From assembly GCF_009914755.1 (NCBI RefSeq), contig NC_060947.1: a stretch of 64,000 nucleotides of DNA, one strand, 5' to 3'. Numbering within the stretch: position 1 is the first letter of the stretch; every line of letters begins with the position of its first letter. A program made the position numbers and the translations under genes. This document shows positions 1 to 27,989 of this stretch, piece after piece. Origin of the DNA: the human T2T-CHM13v2.0 reference genome, Homo sapiens. The notes under the pieces are model-generated. The model had not been told where the DNA came from and did not search any database. It was given only the letters and a program-made list of their open reading frames with translations.

Positions 1-560
1 ATGTTTCTTTAATCTTCAAAGTTACTGACCATTGGGTGAGGTTTTTTTTTCTTTTATCCTATTTGATGACCTTGAGGATTCTATTGAGTTATAAGGTGCA
101 TTCAGCCAACTGGCTTCATTTCTGGAAGATTTTAGGAAGCCAGTGCTCAGCTCCCAATTCCTGGGTTGCATGCTGTAACTTTGAGGGAATTGCATTGAGC
201 TCCATCCTTGTTTTCTGGCTCCTCGAAGTTGGAAATCTACTGCACTGGGTGTGGGAGGGGCATGAGGTGCTCCCAGACTGTTGGTCACTACACTTTGATG
301 GGTAGTGTCAGCCAAAGAGTTTTATCATGTGAAAGAAGTAAAATCTGTCCTTCTTTGCACATGCCAGCAGCAGAGGGAGCATGGCAGGATTCATGCTCAT
401 CAGCTACAGTAGGGTGCTGGTAGGTGCCAGGGTGCCTGCCTCTGTGCAGGCATTTATCACAGTGGTGGAAGCTATGTGTCTAGGGAGGATGGAAGGGGCT
501 GCTAGAAACTGTGTGTGCCCTTGTGTTGGTGGCGGTGTTGGCACAGATTTAGAGGAGCTA
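1..560 (-). mobile_element. L1 5'UTR/ORF1-start fragment, L1P4 (L1PA15/16)-like, runs off the left edge
   Basis: CTTTTATCCTATTTGATGACCTTGAGG...TTCAGCCAACTGGCTTCATTTCTGGAAGATTTTAGG resembles a recalled L1P4 5' region; not aligned. Confidence 0.45.
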
Positions 561-569
561 ACTTTGGGG

Positions 570-1500
<931 letters not shown>

Positions 1501-1721
1501 CAACCTACTTTTCTGGGGTGTGGTTTCAGCAGCAGTCTGACCTGGTACTTGTTATTTCAGGATACCATCTGCCAATGATAAATGGAGAGTATTTCCAGGT
1601 CTGAGGGACTACAGTGCATTATTCCTTTTGCAGTTGTTTCCCGCTATGTGGTATTATTAGGTATGGAAAGTCTTCACTCATTTTTAATTTTTAAAAATGA
1701 TTTTAAGTATCATTTTTTATG

Positions 1722-2500
<779 letters not shown>

Positions 2501-2877
2501 ACGAATTATGGAGGAAAATTTATTTTAAATCTTTCTGTACCAGGAAATTAACTCTTTGTTTATAATATGTGTTGCAAATATTCTTCCAAGTTAATTTATT
2601 TTTCAACCTTATTTTTGATATCATTTGTGTTGCTTTGTTTTTTTCTAAAGGCTATGAAGTTGCAATAAGTTGAGTTTAACCATGTTGTAATCTATACCAC
2701 AGGGCTTCTGCCATATAATATCTATAGTACAGATAACATTATTGGAAGATTACATAGAGCAACAACAAATAAATTCCTTTCAGCATAACATGGAAGAAAT
2801 AGAATCGTTACAACTGGATCATCCTGAGGTTTATTTTCTTGTTTTATTCAGTCATATTTTCTGAGAATTTACCATAA

Positions 2878-3392
<515 letters not shown>

Positions 3393-3419
3393 CACAAAAT
3401 AGCTATCTTTCTGACCACT

Positions 3420-3543
3420 GCTGAGGCAGGAGAATGGCATGAACCCGGGAGACAGAGCTTGCAGTGATCGGAGATTGCGCCACTGCACTCCAGCCTGGGT
3501 GACAGAGGGAGACTCCGTCTCAAAAAAAAAAAAAAAAAAAAAA
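3420..3543 (+). mobile_element. AluY right-arm fragment with poly-A
   Basis: GCTGAGGCAGGAGAATGGCATGAACCCGGGAG..GAGCTTGCAGTG..ACTCCGTCTC then pure A tract. Confidence 0.9.
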
Positions 3544-4049
3544 TCACATTAAACTAAGTGTAAAGACATTCTGTTAGCAGTTCCTTTGCTGGGACTTTTT
3601 CCGCATTATGCTTCTTTAATTATATAGGAAAAAAAGAGGATATAAAATATGTTTGCAGTATCAAAGGATGGGATAAAGAGTTGCTTTTTTCTTCCCTATT
3701 TTCCCGCCACTCAATACAATGTTTGTCAAGAGGACTTGAAAGATAATTCTGGAAACCTTTTCAATGACAAAGAGAGGCACCAGTATTGGGATAATGATGC
3801 ATGTTTATATGAGGTAATCATGAGTGGGAAGCCTCAAGATTTCTGTTTATGGAGGTGGAGACAACTATTGATGGGAACAGATGAGCAGGTGGTGAAACAA
3901 GGAATAAAATCTGCAATATAAGTTATTACACCCATCATTAAAAGTAAGAATAGAGTTGTATCTCCATATACTTGTTGGAAAGGTCAAATATTGTTTAAAC
4001 TGGTTATGGCATACCTCAAGGAGTGTTACTTCATTCTCAAAGTTATCAC

Positions 4050-4570
4050 CTGGCCCTAGTCTTCACCTCCATTTGGTTTTTAATGCAAGAATAATCTTTC
4101 TAAAACCTACCTCTGATCATTTTACCTTCCTCCTTAAATTTTTTCAGTTGCCTCAACTTCTTAGCCTGGCATTCATAACTTTCCATAATTCCAACCTCTT
4201 TGCACAACTTTATTTTCTACTCTTTTACATATATACTCCACTGTACCATGTATGTTGTCACACAATTCCCAGAACACATCACACTCATTTTCACACCCTA
4301 TAACTGTTTATGTTGCTATTTTTGCCTGCAAAGCCCTACTTCTTTCTCTGTTTTGGTAATTGAATCATCTTTATTTCTGAAGACCTAACACAAGTCCTCC
4401 AGTCTCTCTGAAGCTTCTAACTCCTCCAATCCATATGGATATTTATCCTTCTCTGGAAACATTATACTAAATTTATCTTAAGAGAGTCTAATTTTCTATT
4501 TGTTAATTGTATTTCTACAATTGGACAGTAAGCTCCTTGGGGATAGAAAATATCACTTAGTCTTTTTTAT
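4050..4570 (+). mobile_element. L2 3' relic
   Basis: AATCTTTCTAAAA..CTGATCAT and GTAAGCTCCTTGGGGATAG motifs. Confidence 0.5.
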
Positions 4571-4705
4571 TTTCTCTCACAGCAATGTGAAGAGGCAGCA
4601 GCACGCTATATTTCTGTGGATTGAAACAGCAACTTAGTCTATATGTCAAAAGATTAGGACTGGTTTATAAAGGAAAAGAAGAAATTAAAGATGATATCAG
4701 CATTC

Positions 4706-5361
4706 TTTTTTTGTCTATTCACTTTTTTATTTTATTATTATTATACTTTAAGTTTTAGGGTACATGTGCACACGTGCAGGTTTGTTACATATGTATACAT
4801 GTGCCATGTTGGTGTCCTGCACCCATTAATTCGTCATTTGGCATTAGGTATATCTCCTAATGTTATACCTCCCCGCACCCCCCACCCCACAATGATCCCC
4901 GGAGTGTGATGTTCCCCTTCCTGTGTCCATGTGTTCTCATTGTTCAATTCCCAGCTATGAGTGAGAACACGTGGTGTTTGGTTTTTCATCCTTGTGACAG
5001 TTTGCTGAGACTGATGGTTTCCAGTTTCATCCATGTCCCTACAAAGGACATGAACTCATCATTTTTTATGGCTGCATAGTATTCCGTGGTGTATATGTGC
5101 CACATTTTCTTAATCCAGTCTATCGTTGTTGGACATTTGGGTTGGTTCCAAGTCTTTGCTATTATGAACAGTGCCGCAATAAACACACGTGTACATGTGT
5201 CTTTATAGCAGCATGATTTATAATCCCTTGGGTATATACCCAGTAATGGGATGGCTGGGTCAAATGGTATTTCTAGTTCTAGATCCCTGAGGAATCACCA
5301 CACTGACTTCCACAATGGTTGAACTAGTTTCCAGTCCCACCAACACTGTAAAAGTGTTCCT
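4706..5361 (-). mobile_element. L1 copy A (L1PA4-like): tail, 3'UTR and ORF2 end
   Basis: TTATACTTTAAGTTTTAGGGTACATGTGCAC 3' terminus; ORF2 C-terminal peptide [18 protein letters not shown]; continues at 8831. Confidence 0.92.
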
Positions 5362-16575
<11,214 letters not shown>

Positions 16576-18031
16576 ACTGATAGAAGATTCTTCAAGTTGC
16601 AGAATATCTCCTTCCTCTCCTCTCTCTTGGAAGAGCAGCCCTAAGACTAGAGTGACAAAGACTGATTTCCACATCACAACTGCCCCATCTTTCCTGTGGT
16701 TGCAGCTGTTCTAAGCACTATTGCATTCTGTTAAAATTAGTATATCTGACACCTGCCTAACAGGCTGATTGAGAAGACTTGCCTCTCATATGAACTTTTG
16801 TTTGCATATTTCTACCTATGGGGTGTTTAACTTGACTACCTCTGTTCTTGAGGCTAAAGGCAAATGAAAACAATTTCAAAACTATCTGAAGAAATTATGT
16901 TACTGTCAAATCTCATGAATTTAGACATTCTGATTAAAAATTGAATAATCTAGAACAAGGTTGGGATGGATTTAACTTCTGTACTATATATGATAAAAGT
17001 TTGCTAAGCAAATACACTATAAACAATTCTGCAAGAGTGAATATTTAACAAAATAGGGAGAGCACACTGTTTTTCCAAGCCTTCAGAAGCTCCCATCTAG
17101 AAACAGAATTGATGTACTGGGTATAAATACTCATCTTCCAGGTTCCAATATATCTGTATAAGCCAGTTTTTTTTTAATCCAGTTTGGTTGCTATGTTTTC
17201 TTGAAAGAATTACCCTTGCATTTATTTAAAATATTATACTTGTCACTAGTTCAAATTTCTTTTTCCTCCTGTCATAAAATTAGGGAGGTTCAACTGTTTC
17301 AAGCAATAGAAAAGCCTGTTTTGCTTTGTTAGTAAGAGCAGCTAGTTTTGAAGGTGCTTCAGCATTTTCCTTGGTGCCCATACAACAATTCTCATAAGCA
17401 CACTCCAGTAGTATGACTCTATCTTTTTCATACAGACTTAGAGCATAACTCGGATGGCATATTGACAAAAGAGAAATAATTGCTATAATCTCTTTTTAAA
17501 ACTTCAGCTCCTCGGATAATCATAATTAACTTTAGTACTCAGTGACCAGGTGCTCATGCCTTAAACACGGCTTAGAAAGGGACATCAAAAAGGATGCTTA
17601 GCATTGTTTCACCTCCTAGCAGGAAGTGTATTGCCAGGCTGGCTAATAGCTGCAATTTAATCCTTGAATCATCCTTCTAATTTGGTCAATAAGAATGATT
17701 CAAGAGAAAGTGTGTTAGGGCCTGAGAAGTTAGCCTTGATTTTACAAGTTATAATAAATGGCTCAAATAATATTTTAGATCACATTATTTTTGTTTTTAA
17801 AATCTGCATATTAGGTGAATTTGTTCTATAAAAATTTGTTTCTGATTATGTTAAATGAAAAAAATCAGAATTATGAATGCCACAGGGTGGCATTGTGGTC
17901 CTTCTGGTCTAATAACAGCCCTGTGCATGGCATACAGTAAATCTTTTGTTCTGAGAAGTCAAAACCATACTTCAGTTTGCTCAACATTTTCCTGGAACTG
18001 CTTTTGCTGATTTATTTTCTGGGTTGAACAC

Positions 18032-18150
18032 TTCTCTTTTTTCTTTTTTTTCCTTTTCTTTTCTTTTTCTTTTTTCTTTTTTCTTTTCTTTTCCTTTTCT
18101 TTTCTTTTCTTTTCTTTTCTTTTCTTTTCTTTTCTTTTCTTTTCTTTTCT
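18032..18150 (+). repeat. (TTTTC)n microsatellite
   Basis: Seen directly. Confidence 0.95.
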
Positions 18151-18289
18151 ATGATACCCCTAACCTAGGGAAAGCCTAACACTCTGGACCAGTGTGTAGG
18201 TGGAGGGGGAATCCAGAACAGGATCAAAGCATGCTATAATGAAAACTAAAATGACCATCATTTTTTTTCATCTCTTAAAAATAGAAAAG

Positions 18290-18430
18290 AAGAGTGTAGG
18301 GTAAGAATTTGTGCAAAAAAGGACATGGGGAACAAGAAACAGTGCAACAGCCCTCAGACAGAAATGTGTTTATTATACTCAAAAGATCTGTGTGGCTGCA
18401 GCTGAATGAGTGAGGGAGAGAGTGATAAGC
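18290..18430 (-). mobile_element. L2 relic
   Basis: AACAGTGCAACAGCCCTCAG and TGTGGCTGCAGCTGAATGAGTGAGGGAGAG motifs. Confidence 0.45.
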
Positions 18431-18746
18431 AGTATATATCTTTAATGTATGTTCATTTATGTGTAAATTATGTATGTACATGTACTATAGTAAAATACAT
18501 ATTGTACATTATAAAATATTCACAAAAAATTATAAAAAGATGAAATAAGCCCCCTCCACTGGGGTGCACACACCCTACAGTGGAGATCATTGCTCTAAAC
18601 ATTGGAAAAGAGCTACAACTTAACAGGATGCAGTTGCATGTATGATTGCTACCAATCATACAAATATTTTCTTCTCAGCTTTAATGAGCACTCAGAATAT
18701 AAAGGGGTTGTTACGATGCACAAATTTAGATCTCAAGGATATAAAT

Positions 18747-18960
18747 ATAGCTGTCATTTATTGAATGCCTGCTGCAGACTCGTCATAATACTAGGTACTG
18801 AACATTCCTTATTTTACTCAATCCTTGCAGCACTCCTGCATCAGGGCATTTTTCCAATTTTACAGATGAGAACTTTAAGTCTCAGAAGAACAAATGTTCC
18901 AGATTGCACAGCTAGTAAAATGGTTAGAAATAGAGCTACAAATTCTGTGCCTTTTCTACC
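18747..18960 (-). mobile_element. MIR
   Basis: CATTTATTGAATGCC...ATTTTACAGATGAGAACT core. Confidence 0.7.
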
Positions 18961-19215
18961 TCACCACCTGGTAGACAAAGGAAATTATGTAAATATAATG
19001 AGTCGCTGAACAGTATTTGAACCTACATTTCTCTGATGCTGGAGTCTACACCTCTTCCTTGAAGCTGTGCAGGCTCTAATAAGTTTGACTGTTTAAGCCT
19101 CTTCTCTTTCTTATTCTGCTGAGGGAATAGGGTTCTCCAGTGCAGGACCAATTCATGAGAAAACAGTCACCTTCCAATGTTTTGGGAGTAGTTTGCATTT
19201 TATTTTAAAAATTTG

Positions 19216-19341
19216 TATGTATGTATGTATGTATGTATGTATGTATTTTACACATGGGATCTTGCTGTTTCCCATGCGGGAATGCAGTGGCATGATTATA
19301 GCTCACTGCAGCCTCAAACTCCTAGACTCAAGGCAACCTCC
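19216..19341 (-). mobile_element. AluJ/monomer fragment with (TATG)n tail
   Basis: TGCAGTGGCATGATTATAGCTCACTGCAGCCTCAAACTCCT, truncated at 19341. Confidence 0.8.
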
Positions 19342-19403
19342 TGTTACCAGGAAGACTGGAAGTCCTTGGTCCTTGTCATTCTTTAAAGAAAGAATTTCAA
19401 CAA

Positions 19404-22400
19404 CTGTTTATCTTTGCTTTTGTTGCATTTGCTTTCGGGTTCTTGATCATGAATTATTTGCCTAAGTCAATGTCTAGGATAGATTTTGATGTTATCTGCT
19501 AAGAAATTTTATGGTTTCAGGTCTTAGATTTAAGTCTTTGATCCATCTTGAGTTGATTTTTGTATTAGGAAAGAGATGAGGATTCAGCTTCATTCTTCTA
19601 CATGTGGCTTGCCTATTATCCAGCTCCATTTGTTGAATAGGGTGTCCTTTCCTCACATTATATTTTCATTTACTTTGTCAAAAATCAGTTGGTTGCAAAT
19701 ACTTGGCTTTATTTCTGGGTTCTCTATTCTGTTCCATTGGTTTATATGCCTTTTTTTTTAACCAATACTATGTTGTTTTAGTAACTATAGCCATGTAGTA
19801 TAGTTTGAAGTCAGGTAATGCAATGCCTCCAGATTTGTTTTTTGTTTGTTTGTTCTTGCTTTGGCTATGCAGAGTCTGTTATGGTTCCATATGAATTTTA
19901 GAATTGTTTTTTCTAGCTCTGTGAATAACGATGATGGTATTTTGATGGGAATTTCATGGAATTTGTCGATTGCATTTGGCTGTAGGATCATTTTTATAAT
20001 ATTGATTCTATCCATCCATGAGCATGGTATGTGTTTCCAATTGTTTCTGTTGCCTATGGTTTCTTTCAGCACTGTTTTATAGTTTTTCTTGTAGGGATCT
20101 TTCACCTCCTTGGTTAGTTATATTCCTAAGTATTTTACTTTATTTTTTCAGCTGTTGTGAAAAGGGGTTGGGTTCTTGATTTGATTCTCAGTTTCATTGT
20201 TGTTGGTGTATAGCAGTGTTATTGATTTGTGTACATTGATTTTGTATTCTGAAACTTTACTGAATTCATTTATCAGATCTAGAAGCTTTATGGATGACTC
20301 TTTAGGGTTTTCGAGATATACAATTATGTTAGTGGTCCACACCAAGAGTTTGAGTTCCTCTTTGCTTATTTGGATGCCCTTTATTTTTATTTTCTCTTGT
20401 CTGATTGCTCTGGCTAGGACTTCTAGTTCAATATTTAATAGCAGTGGTGAAAGTAGGCATCCTTGTGTTGTTTTAGTTGTCAGGGAGAATGCTTTCAACT
20501 TTTTTCTGTTCAGTGTAATGTTGGCTGTGGGTTTGTTATAGTTGGCTTTTCTTGCCTTCAGGCATGTCCCTTGTATGCTGATTTTGCTGAGGGTTTTAAT
20601 CATAAAACGATGCTTGATTTGATCAAATGCTTTTTCTGCATCTATTGAAATAATCATATGATTTTTGTTTTTAATTTTATTTGATGTATTACATTTATTG
20701 ACTTGTATATGTTAAACCATCCCTGCATCCCTGGTATTAAACCTACTTGATTATGGTGGATTATCTTTTTGATATGCCTTTTGGATTCAGGTAGCCAGTA
20801 TTTTGTTGAGGATTTTTGCATCTATGTTAATCAAGGATATTGGGCTGTAGTTTTCTTTATTTGTTATGTCCTTTCCTGATTTTAGTATTAGAATGATACT
20901 GGCTTCCTAGATGACTTAAGGAGATGACCCTCTTTTTGTATGTTTTGGAATAGTTTCCATAAGATTGGTATCAATTCTTCTTTGAATACCTGATAGAATT
21001 CAGCTGTGAACCCATCTGGTCCTGGAATTTTTTTGTAGGCAATTTTTAAATTACCTTTTTAATCTCTCTGCTTGCCAGTGGTCTGTTTAGAGTTTCTATT
21101 TCTTCCTGATTTAATCTAGAAGGGTTGAATATTTCCAGGAATTTATCCATCTTCTCTAGATTTTCCAGTTTGTTTGCATAAAAGTGTTCATAGTAGCCTT
21201 GAATGATCTTTTGTATTTCTGTGGTATCAGTTGTAATATTTCCTGTTTCATTTCTTATTCAGCTTATTAGGATCTTCTCTTTTGTTGGTTGATATCATTA
21301 ATGGTCTGTCAAATTTGTTTATATTTTTAAAGAGCTGGCTTTTTGTTTCATTTATCTTCTGTATTAATATTTTTTGTTTCAATTTCATTTAGTTCTGCTC
21401 TAATTTTTGTTAATTATTTTTTCCCACTGGGTTTGGGTTTTCTTTGTTCTTGTTTCTTTAGTTCCTTTAGCTGTGACCTTAGATTGTCTCTCTGTACTCT
21501 TTCAGATTTTTTTATGTAGGCATTGCTATAAACTTTCCTTTTTAGCACCTCTTTTGCACCATCTCAGAGGTTTTGATAGGTTATGTCACTATTATCATTC
21601 AGTTAAAAGAATTTTTAATTCCCATCTTGATTTCATTGTTGACCCAAAAATTATTCATGAGTAGATTATTTAATTTCTATGTATTTGTATACTTTTGAGG
21701 TTCCTTTTGGAGTCAACTTCCAGTTTTATTCCACTGTGGTCTGAGAGGGTGCTTGATAAAATTTTGATTTTCTTAAGTTTATTGAGACTTGTTTTGTGGC
21801 CTATCACATGGTCTATCTTGAAGAATGTTCCATGTGCTGATGAAGAGAATGTGTATTCTGCATTTGTTGGGTAGAATGTTCTGCAGTTGTTGGGTAGAAT
21901 GTTCTAAGTCTATATTTTCTCAGGTATAGTTTGAATCCATTGCTTCTTTGTTGACTTTCTGTCTTATCAACCTGTCTAGTGCTGTCAGTGGAGTATTGAA
22001 ATCCCTCGCTATTATTGTGTGGCTATCTTTCTCATTTTTCAGGCCTAGTAATACTTTTTATATAAACTTGAGAGCTCCCGTGTTAGGTGCATATATAATT
22101 AAGATTTTAATTTTTTTTGTTGGACTAATTCTTTTATCATTATATAATGTCCCTCTTTGTCTTTTTTAACAGTTGTTGTTTTAATGTCTCTTGTCTGCTA
22201 TAAGAATAGCTATTCCTGCTTTTTCATGTCCATTTTCATGGAGTATCTTTTTCCACCCCTTTACCTTAAGTTTCTGTGAGTTCTTGCATATTAGTTGAAT
22301 CTCTTGAAAGATGGCAGATACTTGTTTGGAGATTTTTATCCATTCTGCCATTCTGTTTCTTTTAAGTGAAGCGTTTAGGCCATGTACATCTAATGTTGGT

Positions 22401-25060
22401 ATTGAGATCTGAAGTACTATTTTATTCATCATTCTAGTTCTTGCCTGAATACCCTTTTTTCTTTGTGTTATTGTTTTAGAGGCACAGTAAGATTTATGTT
22501 TAAGAAGGGTTCTATTTTGGTGTATTTTGGGGTTTTGTTTCAAAATTTAGAACTCCTTTTAGCATTTCTTGTAGTGCTGCCTTGGTAGTGGTGAATTCTC
22601 TTAGAATTTGTTTGTCTGAAAAATGCTTTAATTTCTCCTTCATTCATGAATATTAGTTTTGCTGGATACAAAATTATTGGCTGACAATTATTTTGTTTCA
22701 GGAGGCTAAAGAGAAGACCCTAATTCCTTCTGCCTTGTAGGATTTCTGCTGAGAAATCTGCAGTTAATCTGATAGGTTTTCCTTCATAGGTTACCTGATG
22801 ATTTTGCCTCACAGCTTTTAGAATTCTTTCCTTTGTTTTGACTTTGGATAACCTGATGACTATGTACCAAGGTGATGATCCTTTTGCAATGAATTTCCCA
22901 GGTGTTCTTTGAGCATCTTGTATTTGGATGTATAGATCTCTAGCAAGGCTGGGGAAGTTTTACTTGATTTTTTCCTCATTTGAGTTTTTCAAACTTTTAG
23001 ATTTCTCTTCTTTCTCAGGGACACCAATTATTCTTAGGTTTGGCTACTTAACATAATCCAAAATTTCTTGGAGGCTTTGTTCTTTTTTTTTTCTTTGTCT
23101 TTATCTGATTGGCTTAATTGGAAAGCCTTGTCTTTGAGCTCTTAAGTTCTTTCTTCTATCGTTCTAGTCTATTGTTGACACTTGCCAGTGTCTTTTATTT
23201 ACAGTTATGATTGTTTTTTCTTTATAATATCTATTTCTCTGGAGAATTTTTCATCCATATTCTGTATTGTTTTTTCAATTTATTTAAGTTGGTTTTCACC
23301 TTTCTCTGATATCTTCTTGAGCAGCTTAATAATCAACCTTTTGAATTCTTTATTTGACAATTCAGAGATTTCTTCTTGGTTTGGATATATTCCTGGAGAG
23401 CTAGTGTGGTCTTTGGGGGGTGTTATGGAAACTTGTTTTATCATATTAGCATAATTATTTTTCTGATATTTTTCTCATTTGGATAGAGTATTTCAGTGGA
23501 AAATCTGGAACTGGAGGGCTGCTCTTTTGTCCCACAGGGTGATCTCTTGATGTAGTGCTCTCCCCCTTCCCCTAAGGATGGCGCTGGACTGCACCAATTA
23601 TTAGAGTTGTTCTGCTTTTAGCCACCCAGTGGGGTTACTGGGTTCTGGGCTGGTGCTGGGGAATGTCTGCAAGGAGTCCTGTGATGTGATCAATCTTCAG
23701 ATTTCCCAGCCTTGGATACCATCACCTGCTCTGGTGGAGGTGGCAGGGGAGTAAAGTAGACTCTGTGAGAGCCCTTGGTTGTGATATATTTAGTGTGCTG
23801 GCTTTCTCAAATGCTGGTTATGCTAGCAGTAAACTTGTCAGGTGGACAGACTCAGAACCTCTGGTTACCCAGGATGTTGCAGGCAGTGGAATGAGCTGTT
23901 GTTTTCTTGGAGTGGTGTTATTCTATCATGAGTTGCTGTAATGTCCTGAGTTCATTGGCCTCTAGCCAGGAGGTGGCACTTTCAAGAGAGCACCAGCTGC
24001 AATAGTAGAGGGAAGATATAAGCTTGCTCTAATTTGGCCAGGATAAACACGGGTTTCCCAGACGATGGGCAGGGTCATAAAGCTCCCAAGAGTTTAAATC
24101 TTCTGTGATCAGCTACTGGGACAGGTAGAGAAACATCATCAGGTAAAGGCAGGGTTAGGTGGCTCTGAGCTATCCTTGGGCGGGGCTTGCCATGACCACT
24201 GTGGGGGATGGGTGGTGGTTCTCAAGCCAATGCAGGTGTATGTTCCAGAGAGGATTATGGCTGCCTCCGTCACCAGGGAAGTGGGGGAAAGCCAGGAGCA
24301 ATAAGCCTCACCAGCTCCCATGCAGTTGGCAAGGCCGGTCTCATTCCCACTGTCTTTCTAACTGCCAAATTTACCTCCAGTTACCCTGTGCGTGGGCGTC
24401 AGACCTTATCCTAGGCTCTAAGCTTCCCCACTGAGAAAGCAAGCAGGGCTTTCAGGTCTCACCCCTCCCCATCTGCCCACACAGTCAGCCTTGGCTCCTG
24501 TGCTCCTTTCTGTAGCAGTTCCCGTTTGCCCCCCGGATTCTGCTGAAGAGTGTTTGTGCCCATTTGAAATTATGACAAAGTTCATTTGGAAGCTTCTTGT
24601 ACCCTGTGACCCCTCCCAAATTCAGCCGGCTGGATTTCCTGAGAGATCCTGTGAGATTTAGTCAAGGATGTCTTCCCTGGGCTCGAGTTGGAGAATGGGA
24701 GTGCCTACAAGGCTCTTCCCACTGTTGGTTCTACTTTTATATTGCACAGAATTAATTTCAGCTCTAGTTAAGGTTAAATTCTTTTTCTGTAATTTGGATT
24801 TTCAGGTTGCCAAGTGAGTATGTCTGTTTGGAGGCAGGTTTCCCCCCCTTCACACTTTGGGCATTCATAGTTTTTCATCTGGTCAAACAGAATTTGCAGT
24901 GGTCTGCCACTTCTTTCAAAGAGTCTGTGAATTCTTTTTTTTTTTTTTCTGGTATGTTACTCTGGTGGTTCTTGGAGCAAAAGCCTATGGCATGAGTCTC
25001 CACACACTGTTTTGTCCATCCACGTGGGAGATACACATTAGCCATCTCCTCTCCATGTTC
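19404..25060 (-). mobile_element. L1PB-type element with 5'UTR, ORF1 and ORF2 but no 3' end
   Basis: ORF2 peptides 19785-20657, ORF1 region ~22550-23460, GC-richer 5'UTR ~23500-25060 homologous to 58770-62000. Confidence 0.85.
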
Positions 25061-25089
25061 CTTCTCATCCAAAGTTATTATTTTTATAC

Positions 25090-25200
25090 CTTGATTTTCT
25101 TCCATTTGCAGATGAGGTTTGAAAGGTGAAATGATTCCTAAAGCCACAAGCTTTGCTGTTAGACACACTGTGGTATTGGACCCCAGTTCAGTAACTTGTC
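25090..25200 (-). mobile_element. MIR relic
   Basis: CCATTTGCAGATGAGG..GGTGAAATGATT..AAAGCCACA. Confidence 0.55.
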
Positions 25201-25510
25201 TTTCTACTTGCTCTTGCTTCTTATGACCAGGACCCATTATTTTTTGCCCTGATCTCAATACTGGGGAGAGTCTTGTCTTGTATTTTTATGACTGACACAT
25301 TACTTCATATCCACATTTTTCTGTGGCAAGATTTGTTTTGTTCTTCCAGTTAACGTATTCCTTAAGTTCCCTTGCCTACCAGGATAGTTGTCTACTGCCT
25401 GTTACCACGCTACTTTGACATCATGCTCTGTCTAGCTGCATATGCTTTATTCAATTGCTTTTTTTCTGCAACTTTCTCCAATATCCTCCCCTAATTTGGA
25501 GGTGGCAGGA

Positions 25511-25552
25511 TGTGTGTGACTGTGTGTGTGTGTTTGTGTGTGTGTGTATGTA
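25511..25552 (+). repeat. Imperfect (TG)n
   Basis: Seen directly. Confidence 0.85.
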
Positions 25553-26399
25553 TAGTGGTGAGGATGAGGGGTAAAGTGGTTCCCTAAACTTCCTGCAACA
25601 AATACCTCTTTTATTACTTTCCATATGTTCCCATGTTTTCTATATGTTGAAAGATTTTTCTCTGCCAAACTGCATTTATTAATCATTCATTTTTTATATC
25701 TTAATGAAGAAGGATATACAAAATTTACAGTTTCTTAATTATTTTAACAAACGTTATCAAGTACCCATTAGGCACCAGACACTATGTTAGGTCCTGGAAA
25801 AAGAGAGAGAGATAACCTACTGCTTTTTAAAATGTTTTATTTGAAAGTAATTGTGGATTCACAGGAAGTGGCAAAATTAGTACAGAGAAGTCCATTACCC
25901 CTTTGCCAAATGTCTCCCCAAGGTCACATCTTAAATAACTGTAGTACAATGTCAAAACCAGTAACTCAACATTAGTACAAGGTGTGTATTTCATTCTACA
26001 TCATTTTACCACATGTGTAGACTTGTGTAACCACCATCACAATTAAGATATAGAACTATTCCACCATCGAAAAAGGTCTCCCTCATGCTACCTTGTTATG
26101 GTCCCACAATCCCAACACCACCACCATCCCCAGTCCCTGACAAACACTAATCTGTCTGCTGTCTTTATAATTCTGTCATTTTCAGAATGTGATATAAATA
26201 GAATCATACAATATGTGACCTTTTGAGATTGGATTTTTTTCACTCAGCATTATAGTTTGAGATTGATCTAAGTTGTTACTTGCATCAGCAGTTTGTTCCT
26301 TTTTATTAATGAGTAATATTCCATGATACATGTGTACCACAGTTTATTTAACTATTCACCTATTGAGGACATTTTGGTTGTTTCCCTTGGCTATTATAA

Positions 26400-26808
<409 letters not shown>

Positions 26809-27989
26809 CTATGGTTAGTATTTAAAGAAACTACAAATTCATTTTCCCAAGTGGCTCTTTCATTTCACATTTCATCATCAACATATAAGATTCAGTTTCT
26901 CTGCATCTCTGCCAACATTTGATATTATCAATATTTTTTAAAATTTTAGCTCTTCTCATAGTTGTGTAGTGCTATCTCATCATGGTCTTAATTGGCATTT
27001 CCTAACAGCTAGTGATGTTGAACAATTTTTCATGCATTTCTTTGCTACCATTATATCATATTCAATGAAATGTCTCTTCAAGTCTTTTGCCCTGTTTATT
27101 TGGAGAGACAATTATGCTCATTTGTGATTGTCTACTTACTCTTGAATTTTAAGGGTTTTAAAATAGTAGGTTTTTTTTTTGCCTAAGTGTTTTGCAAATA
27201 TTTCCTTCTAGTCTGTAATATTTTCATTCACTCAACAGGATGTTTCACAGAGCAAAAGGTTTTAATTTTGATTAAGTCCAATTTATCGATTGTTCCTTGT
27301 ATGGACTGTACTTTGGATGTTATCTCTAAGAAATCTTCACCATGTCCTAGGCCTTGAAGATTTTCTCCATGTTTTTTCCTGAATGTTTTCTAGGTTTATA
27401 TTTTATATTTAAGTTTATTGTCCATTTTTGGTTAATTTTTGTATGAGTGTGAGGTTAAAGTCAAGGTTTTGGGTTTTTTTGCCTATGAATGTCCAATTGC
27501 TCTAACACAATTTGTTAAAAAAGACTATTCTTCCTGAATTAGACTATCTAGCTGTCTTTGTCACAAATCAGTTGGTGATATGTGTGTGGGTCTATTTCTA
27601 AGTTATTTAGTCTGTTACACTGATCTATGTCTTTAACCATTCACCAATACCACACAGTCTTGATTACTGGAGCTATATAATCTCTTGAACTTGCATAGAG
27701 TGATTCTTCCCACTTTATTCTTCTTTTTCAAAATTATTTTAGCTGATTTAAATACATACGCTAATATTCAAATACATATGTTTTTCCATTAGTGTTAGTT
27801 TCTTGAGGATGCCATAACAAACTACCACAAACTGGGTGGCTTAAACAGCAGAAATTTATTGTCTCACAGTTCTGGAGGCTTGAAATTTGAAATCAAGATG
27901 TCATCCAAGTTGACTGTTTCTGAGGGCTATGTGGGAGACTTTTTTTCATGCCTGTCTCCTAGCTTCTGGTAGCCTCAGGCATTCCTTGG

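Noticed and set aside
16580-18000. Unique-looking stretch with a 62-aa ORF (17280-17468)
   Set aside because: No recognisable protein similarity or paired splice sites
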